A stretch of DNA of 44,105 nt from Hormoscilla sp. (GTDB lineage Bacteria > Cyanobacteriota > Cyanobacteriia > Cyanobacteriales > Desertifilaceae), in the NCBI GenBank assembly GCA_051439505.1, contig JBFRWI010000077.1, forward strand, positions 1 to 44,105. The letters are read 5' to 3'. How positions within the stretch are numbered: position 1 is the first letter of the stretch; every line of letters begins with the position of its first letter. Shown here piece after piece: positions 27,944 through 39,304 of the stretch. The position numbers and the translations under genes are program-made. The notes under the pieces are model-generated. The model saw only the letters and a list, made by a program, of their open reading frames with translations. It did no database searches and was not told the origin of the DNA.

Positions 27944-29128
27944 CTAGCGATCGACGGAACCCATAATAATATCGATACTGCCCAAAATTGCGACAATATC
28001 AGCAACCTTCATCCCCTTCAGTATATGGGGGAAAACCTGCAAATTATTAAAATCCGCCGCACGAATCTTAAAGCGCCAAGGGAACATATTATCATCTCCC
28101 ATAATGAAGACGCCCAATTCTCCCTTGCCACTTTCCAGACGAACATAATGTTCTCCCTCGGGAATCTTAAAAGTGGGGGCTATTTTCTTTCCCATGCACT
28201 GGTAATCAAAGCCATTCCACTCAGACTTCCGTCCTTCTGCCATCCGTTTAGCTTCCAGGTTTTCAAACGGACCGCCGGGAAGACCTTTCAGGGCCTGACG
28301 AATAATCTTAACTGATTCCCGCATTTCCCGAATCCGCACCACATAGCGGGCCATGCAATCACCAGCAGTTTCCCAATGAACGTCCCAGTCAAAGTCGTCA
28401 TAGCATTCATAATGGTCAACCTTGCGCAAGTCCCACTTCACCCCAGACGCCCGCAGCATGGGACCGGAGAGACCCCAGTTAATGGCATCTTCACGAGAAA
28501 TAGTGCCAATACCCTCAATCCGACGGCGGAAGATCGGGTTATTGGTAATCAACTTCTCATACTCATCCACCTTGGGGTCAAAGTAATCGCAGAAATCTTC
28601 ACATTTATCTACCCAACCATAGGGTAAATCCACCGCCACGCCGCCGATGCGGAAATAGTTGTTATTAATCAACCGCATCCCACTAGCCGCTTCCCACAGG
28701 TCATAAATCATCTCCCGTTCCCGGAAGATATAGAAGAAGGGAGTTTGGGCACCTACATCTGCCAAAAATGGCCCCAACCACAGCAAGTGATTAGCGATCC
28801 GGTTCAACTCCAACATGATGACGCGGATATAGCTAGCGCGTTTGGGCACCTCAATATCTGCCAGTTGTTCCGGGGCGTTGACAGTAATTGCCTCATTGAA
28901 CATCCCCGCCGCGTAGTCCCAGCGGCTAACGTAGGGGACGAACATGATATTGGTACGGTTTTCGGCAATTTTTTCCATTCCCCGGTGCAAATAGCCCAAC
29001 ACGGGTTCGCAATCAATCACGTCCTCGCCGTCGAGAGTGACGATTAACCGCAGTACCCCGTGCATCGAGGGATGGTGCGGCCCCATGTTGAGGACCATTG
29101 GTTCGGTCTTGGTCTCAATCCTGGTCAT
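27944..29128 (-). CDS. ndhH: NAD(P)H-quinone oxidoreductase subunit H
   Basis: [31 protein letters not shown] and terminal IIMGSVDR. Confidence 0.98.
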   Translation of the reverse strand: MTRIETKTEPMVLNMGPHHPSMHGVLRLIVTLDGEDVIDCEPVLGYLHRGMEKIAENRTNIMFVPYVSRWDYAAGMFNEAITVNAPEQLADIEVPKRASYIRVIMLELNRIANHLLWLGPFLADVGAQTPFFYIFREREMIYDLWEAASGMRLINNNYFRIGGVAVDLPYGWVDKCEDFCDYFDPKVDEYEKLITNNPIFRRRIEGIGTISREDAINWGLSGPMLRASGVKWDLRKVDHYECYDDFDWDVHWETAGDCMARYVVRIREMRESVKIIRQALKGLPGGPFENLEAKRMAEGRKSEWNGFDYQCMGKKIAPTFKIPEGEHYVRLESGKGELGVFIMGDDNMFPWRFKIRAADFNNLQVFPHILKGMKVADIVAILGSIDIIMGSVDR

Positions 29129-29235
29129 AATACTTGAGGTATTGTATCTGTATTTTTATTGCATCCTTAACATTATAGGTACGGTTTGTACCGCTGACCA
29201 AAACATCGGTTTTGTTCTCGCACGACCATCGCTGC

Positions 29236-29314
29236 GGCCCACCCTACCCTACTCTCATCACTGGTGGGCGGTGCCCACCCTACTCTTATCACTGGTGGGC
29301 GGTGCCCACCCTAC
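29236..29314. repeat. Tandem REP-like GGTGGGCGGTGCCCACCCTAC
   Basis: Two full copies and one partial copy directly before rsmH; related copies near 3155, 19430, 19553, 26481 and 27461. Confidence 0.8.
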
Positions 29315-29318
29315 CATT

Positions 29319-30191
29319 ATGTTTGTTCATGTACCGGTATTGAGTCGTGAGTTAATGGCCGGGTTAGATGTACGTCCGGCAGGACATTATCTGGATGCCA
29401 CCGTTGGCGCTGGCGGACATACCCAGTTGCTCTTGGCTGCCGGTCCTTCCGTGCGGGTAACGGCCCTGGACCGGGATGGAGAGGCGATCGCCCATGTCCG
29501 GTCCCTGCTAGCTTCAGAGGGCGATCGCCTGCAAATATGCCAGATCAACTTTGCTGAATATCGCCCGCAGCATCTTTTATTTGACGGTATTATAGCGGAT
29601 CTCGGAGTCAGTTCTGCCCAGTTAGACATAGCAGAACGAGGCTTTAGCTTTCGCCATCGGGCCGAACTCGACATGCGGATGGATCGGCGACAGACTCTCA
29701 CCGCCGCAGAGATTGTCAACCATTGGGAAGAAGCGAAGCTAGCAGATATTTTATACCAGTATGGAGAAGAAAGGTTATCGCGGCGGATTGCCCGAGCGAT
29801 TGTCCAGAGGCGTCCCTTCCAGACAACTGACCAATTGGCTAGTGCGATCGCCCAAGTAGTGCCCAGCAAATACCGCCATGGCCGAATTCACCCGGCCACC
29901 CGAGTATTTCAAGCCTTGCGGATCGCCGTCAATCAAGAACTGGAATCATTATCAGAATTTCTTAATATTTCCCCAAATTGGTTAAAGCCTGGGGGCAAAA
30001 TTGCCATCATTAGTTTTCACAGTCTGGAAGACAGACTGGTAAAGCATAGCTTCCGAGAATCCCCACTGTTGCGGGTTCTGACGAAAAAGCCCATCACCGC
30101 CCAAGACGACGAACTAGCGGCTAATCCCCGATCGCGTTCCGCAAAACTCCGGATAGCAGAACGTCTAGACTCTTGTCCTCCTCAAGACTGA
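29319..30191 (+). CDS. rsmH: 16S rRNA m4C1402 methyltransferase RsmH
   Basis: [37 protein letters not shown] and [10 protein letters not shown] motifs. Confidence 0.96.
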   Translation: MFVHVPVLSRELMAGLDVRPAGHYLDATVGAGGHTQLLLAAGPSVRVTALDRDGEAIAHVRSLLASEGDRLQICQINFAEYRPQHLLFDGIIADLGVSSAQLDIAERGFSFRHRAELDMRMDRRQTLTAAEIVNHWEEAKLADILYQYGEERLSRRIARAIVQRRPFQTTDQLASAIAQVVPSKYRHGRIHPATRVFQALRIAVNQELESLSEFLNISPNWLKPGGKIAIISFHSLEDRLVKHSFRESPLLRVLTKKPITAQDDELAANPRSRSAKLRIAERLDSCPPQD

Positions 30192-30534
30192 GGATCTGTA
30201 AAACTGTAAAAATAACAGAAGTAAAGCTCTCACAAATTTTTACTTTTGTTAGCATTTCATTAAGAATTATTGAGAAATCAGATCGACCTGAATAAGTACA
30301 GTCCTTACATCCTCTCCCTAAATGTTTAGTAGATAATACTCACCCTTCATCAATACTAGGACTGTCAGATAATTGAATTTTGCTGGCTGAAATCATAAGA
30401 AAAATGGAAATTATTTAGAAGAAGGAAATAAATATGAAAGGATAAGGGTAAGAGAAGTTTGTGCTACGTGAGCGAGAAAAAATTAAGAAGTAGGCAGCAA
30501 ACTCGACTAACCTAGTGCCTGCTGGAGTAGGAAA

Positions 30535-30936
30535 ATGCTAAATGATTACATTTTGGTTTTAGGTCAGCAATCGGAAGATATTCAAGCCCTCGAGTTATTA
30601 CTGAGTAGATTAAGATGTTCAGTAGCGGTAGCAAGTTCTGCCGATCAAGCAGTAGTGCAAGCTAGTCAAACCCTGCCCTATCTAGTAATCCTCTCAGGCG
30701 ATCGGCAAGACTGGTCGCCCAATTTAGTCAAGCAGTTGCGACAGATGGCCAGAGTTTGCGGCACCACGATTGTCGCCCTCACCGACTTTCACGCACCGAG
30801 TTGGTTGCACCAAGAGGAGAATCCCGGCGTCGATGGGTATTTGGTCAAACCGATCGGGGGCGATGTGTTATGCTCTCTAGTACAGTCCGCTTGGGCCAGA
30901 CAGAGCTGTTTGCATACTGCCGTTTGTCACAGTTAG
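30535..30936 (+). CDS. Atypical single-domain response regulator (pseudo-receiver)
   Basis: CheY-like pattern (IVALTD, GVDGYLVKPI) but the acidic pocket and phospho-Asp are degenerate (VLGQQ, LVILSG). Confidence 0.75.
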   Translation: MLNDYILVLGQQSEDIQALELLLSRLRCSVAVASSADQAVVQASQTLPYLVILSGDRQDWSPNLVKQLRQMARVCGTTIVALTDFHAPSWLHQEENPGVDGYLVKPIGGDVLCSLVQSAWARQSCLHTAVCHS

Positions 30937-30940
30937 AGCG

Positions 30941-31621
30941 ATGCCCATCGAACCAATATATCCCGTTTTGTATCGTCTTCTTCAGCCAGCCTTCAACAGG
31001 TGCCTCTGGTCTGGCCCTAGCAATACACCGGCGATCGCCCTCACTTTTGATGATGGTCCCCATATAGATTACACTCCCGAACTGCTGCAAGTGCTATGCC
31101 GCTACGACATTCCGGCCAGTTTCTTTTGGTTAGGCGTCTGTGTGGAGCAAGCGCCTGCTATTGCCAGGGAAGTTAGAGAGCGAGGTCACTGGATTGGTCT
31201 GCATGGATATACTCATCAGATCTTTCCTCTACTCAGTCAGAATAGACTCAAGCAATCCCTCGAACAAACCCAAAGGGCGATCGCTGCTGCTTGTCAGCTG
31301 CCAGAGGTGCCAAATATCCGAGATGTCCGGCCTCCCAATGGAATTTTCACCCCACAAATCCTCAACTGGCTGCATCAGTGGCATTATCGACCGGTAATGT
31401 GGAGCGTCGTGCCCGCAGACTGGGAACAACCCGGGGCCCCTGTGGTAGCAGAGCGAGTGCTGCGACTTGTCCAAAATGGCTCTTTGATTGTGCTCCACGA
31501 CGGTCCCTGGGGCGGACAAGATGTCGCCGCCACCACAGCCCAGCTAATTCCCGGGCTGCGGGACAAAGGCTATCAATTTGTGACGGTCGATCGCCTCTGG
31601 CAGCTAAGTCAATTTGCTTAG
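30941..31621 (+). CDS. Polysaccharide deacetylase (NodB family)
   Basis: ALTFDDGP, HGYTH, RPPNG, DW and IVLHDG motifs. Confidence 0.93.
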   Translation: MPIEPIYPVLYRLLQPAFNRCLWSGPSNTPAIALTFDDGPHIDYTPELLQVLCRYDIPASFFWLGVCVEQAPAIAREVRERGHWIGLHGYTHQIFPLLSQNRLKQSLEQTQRAIAAACQLPEVPNIRDVRPPNGIFTPQILNWLHQWHYRPVMWSVVPADWEQPGAPVVAERVLRLVQNGSLIVLHDGPWGGQDVAATTAQLIPGLRDKGYQFVTVDRLWQLSQFA

Positions 31622-32447
31622 TAGCTATAGTAACTGCTGTAACTAATCTTAACAAAGATTTACAAAACTAAATTTACACAACTTCCGAATTAGGTGTTAG
31701 CATGGTTAAGGGCATGACGCAAGGCAAGGATAAAACCGTAGAACCGCGAGGCTCGCCCCGAACCCAACTTGCAGGTGGAGTAGTTCGCCCCCATTGATTA
31801 GTTGTTGGGATCTGCATGACGAATGATAGCAGGCCACCTACCTCTAAGACAACAGATAACTGATAACAGCCCCGATGTTGGACGGACGGCACCAGGGGTG
31901 AGATTTGTGACATTGTCCTCCGATGAAAGCAAGAGATTCTCAAAAGCATGAACAAAGATGGTCCGAACAGAGGTAATCTCTGGTACAAGCATCTGCACGC
32001 GGGAAAGCAGCTGAAGTTGCCATGCAGATCGCCGGTCGAAAGACTAAGTATTGTCCTGAAAAACGGCAAAAAAAAGAAACATAACTTAACAAAAAAATCA
32101 GCACCCATTTGGGAAAAAGTGGGTTAACGTAAATCAAGAGATTTAAATATCTCAAGAAATAAGGAAAGCGACTTGGGAAAAGATGATGGGAACTCGGCAC
32201 GCTCGGGCAGGACTAGACGGGATGTGCAACTGACAAGGTGCCAACTGACTGTGCCCCGATCGGACCCTTGTTGGCAAGAGCCGTTTTCCCAAATATCGTA
32301 CCCAGGTAAAACCAGTTCATAGACCCCAAAAAGGTCTATATTGGGAAGCTCGAAACCGTAAAGAAAAAGGCACCTAAATCAGGTATAAGTTGCGCAAAAA
32401 GAGGATATGATTAGCTGTCTTTGGCGGCAAGGAAAACTTCAAAATTC

Positions 32448-32628
32448 GGCGTTGCACAACTCCACCGATGATGAGGGCTGCTGCTAATTGCTAATTGTCA
32501 ATGGTTAATTGAGATATTCATTTGTCATTTGTAGTCATGAATAGATAGCTTTACTCTTTTCAATTAGCAATTAGCCATTAGCAAAGTTGAAAAATTGGCT
32601 GCTATCATCGGTAAAAATGTGCAACGCC
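32448..32628 (+). mobile_element. MITE family D upstream of sigA
   Basis: TIRs GGCGTTGCACA/TGTGCAACGCC; 8 bp duplication CAAAATTC at 32440-32447 and 32629-32636; (TGCTAAT)n heptamers. Confidence 0.9.
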
Positions 32629-32677
32629 CAAAATTCGATTATGTATTCTGCAAGATAAGGAGCATGAGGAACGCGGC

Positions 32678-33805
32678 ATGACCCAGGCAAACAACCTACT
32701 CCAAACCATCCATTCTCCTGAGCTGGAACCCATAGATTTACTAGATTCGGAAGACCGTCAATATGATTATATAGATGCCGGGGCGGACGTTGTAGGAAAA
32801 TCAGGCAAACGCTCGGGTCGTCGAAAGAGGACGACGGAGCAGGCGACGAAGAAGAAGCAATATACGGAGGATTCAATCCGCTTGTACCTGCAAGAGATTG
32901 GTCGAATTCGCCTACTGCGAGCAGACGAAGAGATAGAACTGGCACGTAAAATAGCTGACTTGCTGGAATTAGAGCGGATCCGAGAGGGATTGGAGATGCA
33001 GCTAGATCGTTCACCCAGGGATGGGGAATGGGCAGAAGCTGTAAGTATGGCATTGCCAGCGTTTCGTCATCGCTTGCATGTGGGGAGGCGGGCAAAGGAG
33101 AAAATGGTCCAGTCCAACCTGCGTCTAGTGGTGTCGATCGCCAAAAAATATATGAATCGGGGACTGTCATTCCAAGACCTGATTCAAGAAGGAAGTTTGG
33201 GTTTGATTCGAGCAGCGGAAAAATTCGACCATGAAAAGGGCTATAAGTTTTCCACCTACGCGACTTGGTGGATCCGTCAGGCAATAACCCGGGCGATCGC
33301 CGATCAGTCTCGCACTATCCGTCTGCCAGTACATCTGTACGAAACGATCTCTCGGATCAAAAAAACCACCAAACTACTGTCTCAGGAACTAAGTCGCAAA
33401 CCCACCGAGGAAGAAATCGCCGAACGGATGGAAATGACCATTGAAAAGCTGCGATTCATAGCCAAATCTGCCCAGTTACCGATTTCCCTAGAAACCCCCA
33501 TCGGCAAAGAGGAAGACTCTCGATTGGGGGATTTTATTGAATCTGATGGTGAAACACCAGAAGCTCAAGTCTCGAAAAGTCTCTTGCGGGAAGACCTCGA
33601 AGGGGTTTTAGATACCCTCAGCCCCCGAGAACGAGATGTGTTGCGCCTGCGCTACGGATTAGATGATGGACGCATGAAGACCTTAGAGGAAATTGGTCAC
33701 ATCTTTAACGTAACGCGAGAAAGGATTCGTCAAATCGAAGCTAAAGCCTTGCGAAAGTTGCGCCATCCCAACCGCAACAACGTTCTTAAAGAGTACATCC
33801 GCTAA
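32678..33805 (+). CDS. sigA: Principal (group 1) RNA polymerase sigma factor SigA/RpoD
   Basis: [61 protein letters not shown] and [20 protein letters not shown]. Confidence 0.96.
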   Translation: MTQANNLLQTIHSPELEPIDLLDSEDRQYDYIDAGADVVGKSGKRSGRRKRTTEQATKKKQYTEDSIRLYLQEIGRIRLLRADEEIELARKIADLLELERIREGLEMQLDRSPRDGEWAEAVSMALPAFRHRLHVGRRAKEKMVQSNLRLVVSIAKKYMNRGLSFQDLIQEGSLGLIRAAEKFDHEKGYKFSTYATWWIRQAITRAIADQSRTIRLPVHLYETISRIKKTTKLLSQELSRKPTEEEIAERMEMTIEKLRFIAKSAQLPISLETPIGKEEDSRLGDFIESDGETPEAQVSKSLLREDLEGVLDTLSPRERDVLRLRYGLDDGRMKTLEEIGHIFNVTRERIRQIEAKALRKLRHPNRNNVLKEYIR

Positions 33806-33823
33806 TTGAGTTAATTGTTGATT

Positions 33824-33994
33824 GGCGTTGCACATTCTTGGGCTCCTGGTAATATATTTTCCCTTTTTGCTAATTGCTAATTGCTAATTGCAAAGAGGAA
33901 AAATATCTATTTATGAGCAAAAATGACTATCTCAATTAACCATTGACAATTAGCAAGCCCGCAACCGGAATCATCGGTGTTGTTGTGCAACGCC
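33824..33994 (-). mobile_element. MITE family D downstream of sigA, inverted
   Basis: Same TIRs; 8 bp duplication TGTTGATT at 33816-33823 and 33995-34002. Confidence 0.9.
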
Positions 33995-34015
33995 TGTTGA
34001 TTTTGAGAAATTAAT

Positions 34016-34048
34016 CATCTGAAGAAGCGGTAGTAGCTTCTTCAGATG
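34016..34048. terminator. 13 bp stem hairpin downstream of sigA, possible terminator or stabilising stem
   Basis: CATCTGAAGAAGC-GGTAGTA-GCTTCTTCAGATG; no clear U-tract. Confidence 0.4.
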
Positions 34049-34604
34049 GAAACGGTGTTGCATCTAGATGTAATGATTGGCATCAGGGATGACATGGCCG
34101 ATATGGCTTGTCTGCCATGTCGGCCACCTTACCTAAAACCCGATCGTTACATAATTGGGCAACAGCAACTCCAGGTCTTGTGAAATGAAAATTTTGTTAA
34201 ATATTGTTCCCAGAACTTGACAAAAAAGAGCATATGCTGTATGAGGAACTAGAGCCAAGAGTTGGAGGATAGAAGGATGCTGAAGAAGGTCAAGAAAAAG
34301 CCAATCATGGCAAAGCGACCGTTCCAGATTTCAGCTTGAGGGGTAAAGCCAAACTTCCAAGCGTTACGTTCTGCGGTGTCTTGGGTAGGGGTAGAGGGAT
34401 TTTGGATATCTTCCATGGTATACTCCTAGAAATTGTGATCTGGGCTGTACGTTAACTAATGTAACTAAATTGTAACAAATTCCGCTGGCGATCGCGTCCC
34501 ACAAGATCGATTGGCGATCGCCAGGGAGCCGGTACCATGCCCACTGGCGATCTCCGATCGGGGCAACATCCCAAACAGCTAACAACGGAAACTGACATAG
34601 CCAG

Positions 34605-37175
34605 TCACTCAAGACGAATGGATAATACAGTGGTAATAATTTCGTCGCGGCGAAGTTGAAGGAGGCGATCGCCGGGACCATCTGTATTCCAGAAGCCAAT
34701 AGAGGCCGTGGGAAACTGCCACAGTCGTTCGGTATTAGTAAGCACGATCGCCAAAGAGTCTTCATTAAGGAGCGTTATTGCTGCCAGTGAATCTGTAGGA
34801 CTGGTAAATTTTAGGGCCTCTGAGCCCATGTCACCCCGGGCAGAGGGTGGTGGCAGTAGATTAACCAACATGCGTTTAGCATACCCACGCCGAGTAACTA
34901 CCAAGAAACTATCTTTCTGACGAACTGCGGCACAGCCTACCAGTCGATCTTGCTTATGTAAATGTATTGCTTGATAGCCAACAGCTGTGCGACTCCGAAT
35001 TGGCATCTGCCGATCGTTAACATCCAGTCGCAAAATGCGCCCAGCAGCGGTAGCTATCAGTAGCTGTTCGCCAGTTTGGGTAAGGTGAGCAGACAACAAC
35101 TGGTCATCATCGTCCTTAAATTTGACGGTACTAAGACCGCGACTCTTGATGTGAGCAAATTCTGACAGAGGCAAGCGTTTCATGCGTCCAGTCTTGGTCA
35201 GGGTGACTATCTGGCGGTCGGACTGATAATCACAGAGGATAAACTGGGCGACAATGTCGGGGAGCCGCCGGTCGGAATGCTGGGGTAGCAAGCCGATCAG
35301 TGAGGTGCCCCGGGACTCAAGGGGAATTTGTCCGACCTTGATCGCATAGGCAAAGCCATCCTGAGTAAATAGCAAGACATCGGCCTTAGTCTGAGTAACT
35401 TGAGAAAGTATGGTAAAGTCATCAATAGGCTTGAGAGCATAACCTTCGGTAAAGCTGCGATTCGTTTGACTGTCGGGAGTTGTATCCGGCTGAACGCTAG
35501 TTCGCCGCACCGATCCCCTATAGGTAAATTCCACAGATGTTTTGACACTCGGCTCGATGGCGGTTTTTTTGGCGATTGTCGATTGAGTTGATACTTTTGA
35601 AGGGGAATTATTTTTCCTTGGGGAATTATTCTTAGGTTTGGGCTGTTTGGGCTCTTTATCGGGGACATGCCGACGTCGGACAATCTTAGTCCGACGCCGG
35701 TTACCATACTTGCGTTTGAGCGCGAGCAATTCTTTTTTCAGGCATAACAGAAGGTAGTTGCGATCTGTGAGCAACCTCTGTAACTCCTGTATGCGACTGC
35801 TCAGCTGTGCCAACTCGGTCTCGAAATTATTGCGCTCCAAGCCAAGCAAGCGTCGCATTGGCATTGCTAAAATAGCATCAGATTGCCGATCGCTAAACTG
35901 GAGTTGTTCGTGTAGCATAGCTTTAGCCGTGGTGCCATCTGGGGAATTTCTAAGAATGTCCAGCACGGCATCTATCTGACGGAGAGCCCCCAGTAACCCT
36001 TCGACCAAGTGCAATCGTTTCTCTGCTTCTTGGAGTTCGTTCCTGTATTGCCGGGCCAGAGTATGCAACCGGAAATCCAAAAACTCCTGCAACATCTGCC
36101 GCAGCGTCAACTGGCGGGGTTGTCCTTCCACCAAGGCTAGCAGGATCGCGCCAAAAGTGCTTTGCAGTGGCGTTAATTTGTAGAGTCTATCCAAGATCGC
36201 TTTGGGATTAGTCTCCCGTTTCAGTTCAATTACCACTCGCATGCCCGTGCGATCGCTCTCATCCCGCACGTTAGAGATACCCTCAATCTTGCCGGTATTT
36301 ACCAAATCAGCAATTTTCTCAATCCAGGCCGCTTTATTCACCTGATAGGGCAATTCCGTCACCACAATGCAATCGCGCACTCTCCGCCCGCGACTCCCCG
36401 AATGAATCTGCTCGATAGAGGCCACACCCCGCACGATGATACTGCCTTTACCTGTGGTATAAGCGCTTTTGATCCCTTCGGTGCCCATAATCTCACCACC
36501 TGTGGGAAAGTCCGGTCCGGGGATCCGACCCAAAAGCTTGTCGTCAGATATTTCTGGATTGTCAATTAGAGCAATCAGACCCTCTACTACCTCCCCTAAG
36601 TTATGAGGAGGAATATTCGTCGCCATCCCAACTGCAATCCCAGAACAGCCATTGAGCAACAATACTGGCAACTGGGCGGGCAATACTACAGGTTCAGCTT
36701 GAGAGTTATCGAAGTTATCTGTGAAGTCAACCGTGTCGGAGCTAATTTCTGATAGCAACGCCTCGTTGCCGATCGGTGCCAAGCGAGTTTCCGTATAGCG
36801 CATCGCCGCTGGTGGATCGTTGTCCACCGAGCCAAAGTTCCCGTGACCGGCTAACAAGGGATAGCGGCAAGAAAAGTCCTGCACCATCCGCACCAGGGCG
36901 TCATAAACTGCTTGGTCCCCGTGGGGATGATATTTTCCCAAAACATCTCCCACCACGCGAGCACACTTACGGTAAGGTTTATCCGGAGTCAAACCCAGTT
37001 CGTGCATGGCGTACAAAATTCGCCGATGAACTGGTTTCAACCCATCTCGGACATCTGGCAGCGCTCGTCCAACGATTACACTCATGGCATATTCAAGATA
37101 TGACCGCTGCATCTCGGTGTGCAGATCCGTGGCGATTACCTGTCCTGTCGTGAAAAGGTTCAACTGTTTAGCCAT
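34605..37175 (-). CDS. gyrA: DNA gyrase/topoisomerase IV subunit A (second GyrA paralog, ParC-like)
   Basis: [23 protein letters not shown] and catalytic AAMRYTE; divergent C-terminal pinwheel with no recognisable GyrA-box. Confidence 0.9.
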   Translation of the reverse strand: MAKQLNLFTTGQVIATDLHTEMQRSYLEYAMSVIVGRALPDVRDGLKPVHRRILYAMHELGLTPDKPYRKCARVVGDVLGKYHPHGDQAVYDALVRMVQDFSCRYPLLAGHGNFGSVDNDPPAAMRYTETRLAPIGNEALLSEISSDTVDFTDNFDNSQAEPVVLPAQLPVLLLNGCSGIAVGMATNIPPHNLGEVVEGLIALIDNPEISDDKLLGRIPGPDFPTGGEIMGTEGIKSAYTTGKGSIIVRGVASIEQIHSGSRGRRVRDCIVVTELPYQVNKAAWIEKIADLVNTGKIEGISNVRDESDRTGMRVVIELKRETNPKAILDRLYKLTPLQSTFGAILLALVEGQPRQLTLRQMLQEFLDFRLHTLARQYRNELQEAEKRLHLVEGLLGALRQIDAVLDILRNSPDGTTAKAMLHEQLQFSDRQSDAILAMPMRRLLGLERNNFETELAQLSSRIQELQRLLTDRNYLLLCLKKELLALKRKYGNRRRTKIVRRRHVPDKEPKQPKPKNNSPRKNNSPSKVSTQSTIAKKTAIEPSVKTSVEFTYRGSVRRTSVQPDTTPDSQTNRSFTEGYALKPIDDFTILSQVTQTKADVLLFTQDGFAYAIKVGQIPLESRGTSLIGLLPQHSDRRLPDIVAQFILCDYQSDRQIVTLTKTGRMKRLPLSEFAHIKSRGLSTVKFKDDDDQLLSAHLTQTGEQLLIATAAGRILRLDVNDRQMPIRSRTAVGYQAIHLHKQDRLVGCAAVRQKDSFLVVTRRGYAKRMLVNLLPPPSARGDMGSEALKFTSPTDSLAAITLLNEDSLAIVLTNTERLWQFPTASIGFWNTDGPGDRLLQLRRDEIITTVLSIRLE

Positions 37176-37647
37176 GAGTTTAAGTTCTTTAATCCCTGAA
37201 TCATTTATAACGCTTCACATGTCAGTTATCAGCTCTAGCTCGGAGTGGTCCAACCGTCCGAATACCTTATATATTATGGAAGAAACTTGGACTTGGCCGA
37301 TCTCACCCGTTACCCCTGACCCGACTGGACCTGCAACGCGCGTGCCTCTAGTTTAAACTCCGAGCCAACGCCAAACGAGAATACGATCTTCTCATGGGCG
37401 GTCTCGTGACACCACAGCGGGCGATCGCCAGTTATCAAGCTGTTGGCAGTTTGACGAAGCTACCGCAAGTTGCCCATCGGTGTGGGACTACCTCCCGAAC
37501 AGGGTACCCCAAGCGGTGTCCGACTCGATCGTCACTGGTCGGTGGTAATTGACACCAGACCAAATCTAGTTTGTTTTAACTTAGTATATACCCAGGAAAA
37601 TCAAGAATTTTACATCTATCCTGTAATTAAATCAAAAGGAAAGTGCC

Positions 37648-38046
37648 ATGACAACCGTTTTAATTGTGGAGGACGATATCATTAATCGCCGGGTTTTTTC
37701 TAAAATTCTCACCAAGCGAGGCGGTTTACAGGTGAAGGATACGGAAAATGTTGATGAGGTGATGGAAATTGTTACTGCTGGTGAAGCAGATATTATTTTG
37801 ATGGATGTTTCTCTGTCAAATAGTGTTTACCAGGGCAAATCGGTTGACGGGATCGAGATTACCCAAATGCTGAAGGCAGATCCGCAAACGGCTAATATTC
37901 CAATTATCCTGGTGACAGCTCACGCCATGGAGGGCGATCGGGAAAACTTTCTTTCTGAAAGCGGTGCCGATGGCTACATCTCTAAGCCAGTGGTGGATCA
38001 TAAGGAGTTCGTGAATAAAATTTTGTCCCTGCTGCCCAAAGATTAA
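37648..38046 (+). CDS. Single-domain response regulator (DivK-like)
   Basis: VLIVEDD, IILMDVSL, LVTAHAM and YISKP motifs. Confidence 0.92.
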   Translation: MTTVLIVEDDIINRRVFSKILTKRGGLQVKDTENVDEVMEIVTAGEADIILMDVSLSNSVYQGKSVDGIEITQMLKADPQTANIPIILVTAHAMEGDRENFLSESGADGYISKPVVDHKEFVNKILSLLPKD

Positions 38047-38084
38047 CATTAGTCGCTCATTTTACTTTGGAGTATTTCGCCCAG

Positions 38085-39284
38085 ATGTATCTCTTACGCC
38101 CCTTGTGGTTTGTGGTTCTGTTAAGCTTGTCACTGATGCTTTCGCTGTTAATTGCTGCCCCCCCCGGACAGCCGGCTACTCCGGCAACGGAGTTACGAGG
38201 AGTCTGGTTGACGAACATCGATAGCGATGTGTTGTTTTCACGGGCCAAACTCACCGATGCCTTACAAAACCTGGATCGACTTAACTTTAACACTGTTTAC
38301 CCTACGGTTTGGAACTGGGGTTATACTCTCTACCCTAGTTCTGTAGCCGCAAATGCGATCGGTCGTGCTGTCGATCCCGAACCAGGTTTAAGGAGGCGAG
38401 ATCTGCTCGAAGAAATTGTTGAGCAAGGACATGCCTTGGGGATGACGGTTATTCCCTGGTTTGAGTTTGGTTTTATGGCACCGGCAGATTCTGACTTGGC
38501 CGATCACCATCCTGAGTGGCTCACTTCACGGTCCGATGGCAGCCAAATTGTCAAGGAGGGCAAGCATGACCGGGTATGGCTAAATCCCTTTCACCCGGAA
38601 GTGCAGGAGTTCATCGTTGATTTGATCGCGGAAATTGTTACCAACTACGATATCGATGGCATTCAACTGGACGACCACTTTGGGTTGCCGGTCCAATTGG
38701 GTTACGACCCCTACACGGTGCAGCTGTACCAGATGGAACATACCGGACAGAGTCCTCCTGAGGATCCTGGTGACCCCGAGTGGATCCGTTGGCGAGCTGA
38801 TAAAATTACGGGAGTGATGGCACAGGTTTTTGCGGCGGTCAAAGGGCGCAAACCCCATGTAATCATGGCTTTGTCTCCCAACCCCCAGGCTTTTGCCTAC
38901 AGGAACTATTTGCAGGACTGGTTTAACTGGGAAAGGCGCGGCTTCGTGGAGGAATTGATCGTGCAGGTGTACAGCAACGATCTCAATCGGTTTATCCAGG
39001 AGTTGAAGCGTCCAGAAGTCCAGATCGCCATTAACCACATACCGGTCGCTGTTGGGATCTTGACCGGTCTGAAAAATCGTCCGGTTGAAACCGAACAAAT
39101 TCAACAGCAGGTCCAAGCAGTGCGCAGTACCGGACTTGCTGGCGTGTCCTTCTTTTTCTACGAAACTCTGTGGAATTTAACTCCCGAGAAGCCTTCTGTT
39201 CGTCAGGCAGCTTTCGGGGATCTGTTCCCTAAACCATCTGTGCGTCCCAGTCTTTTGCACTGCTGGAATAGGCCAGATCTTTGA
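38085..39284 (+). CDS. Glycoside hydrolase family 10-like (GHL10/DUF187) protein
   Basis: Signal peptide, ELRGVWLTN, PWFEFG and YDIDGIQLDDHF motifs; start uncertain (38067-38136). Confidence 0.9.
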   Translation: MYLLRPLWFVVLLSLSLMLSLLIAAPPGQPATPATELRGVWLTNIDSDVLFSRAKLTDALQNLDRLNFNTVYPTVWNWGYTLYPSSVAANAIGRAVDPEPGLRRRDLLEEIVEQGHALGMTVIPWFEFGFMAPADSDLADHHPEWLTSRSDGSQIVKEGKHDRVWLNPFHPEVQEFIVDLIAEIVTNYDIDGIQLDDHFGLPVQLGYDPYTVQLYQMEHTGQSPPEDPGDPEWIRWRADKITGVMAQVFAAVKGRKPHVIMALSPNPQAFAYRNYLQDWFNWERRGFVEELIVQVYSNDLNRFIQELKRPEVQIAINHIPVAVGILTGLKNRPVETEQIQQQVQAVRSTGLAGVSFFFYETLWNLTPEKPSVRQAAFGDLFPKPSVRPSLLHCWNRPDL

Positions 39285-39304
39285 CGCTCTTATTGTCCGA
39301 TGAA

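Noticed and set aside
29037..29318. N-terminal extension of RsmH
   Set aside because: It overlaps ndhH and translates REP repeats; homology starts at MFVHVPVL.
32448..33994. Composite transposon carrying sigA
   Set aside because: Each MITE has its own distinct target duplication, indicating independent insertions.
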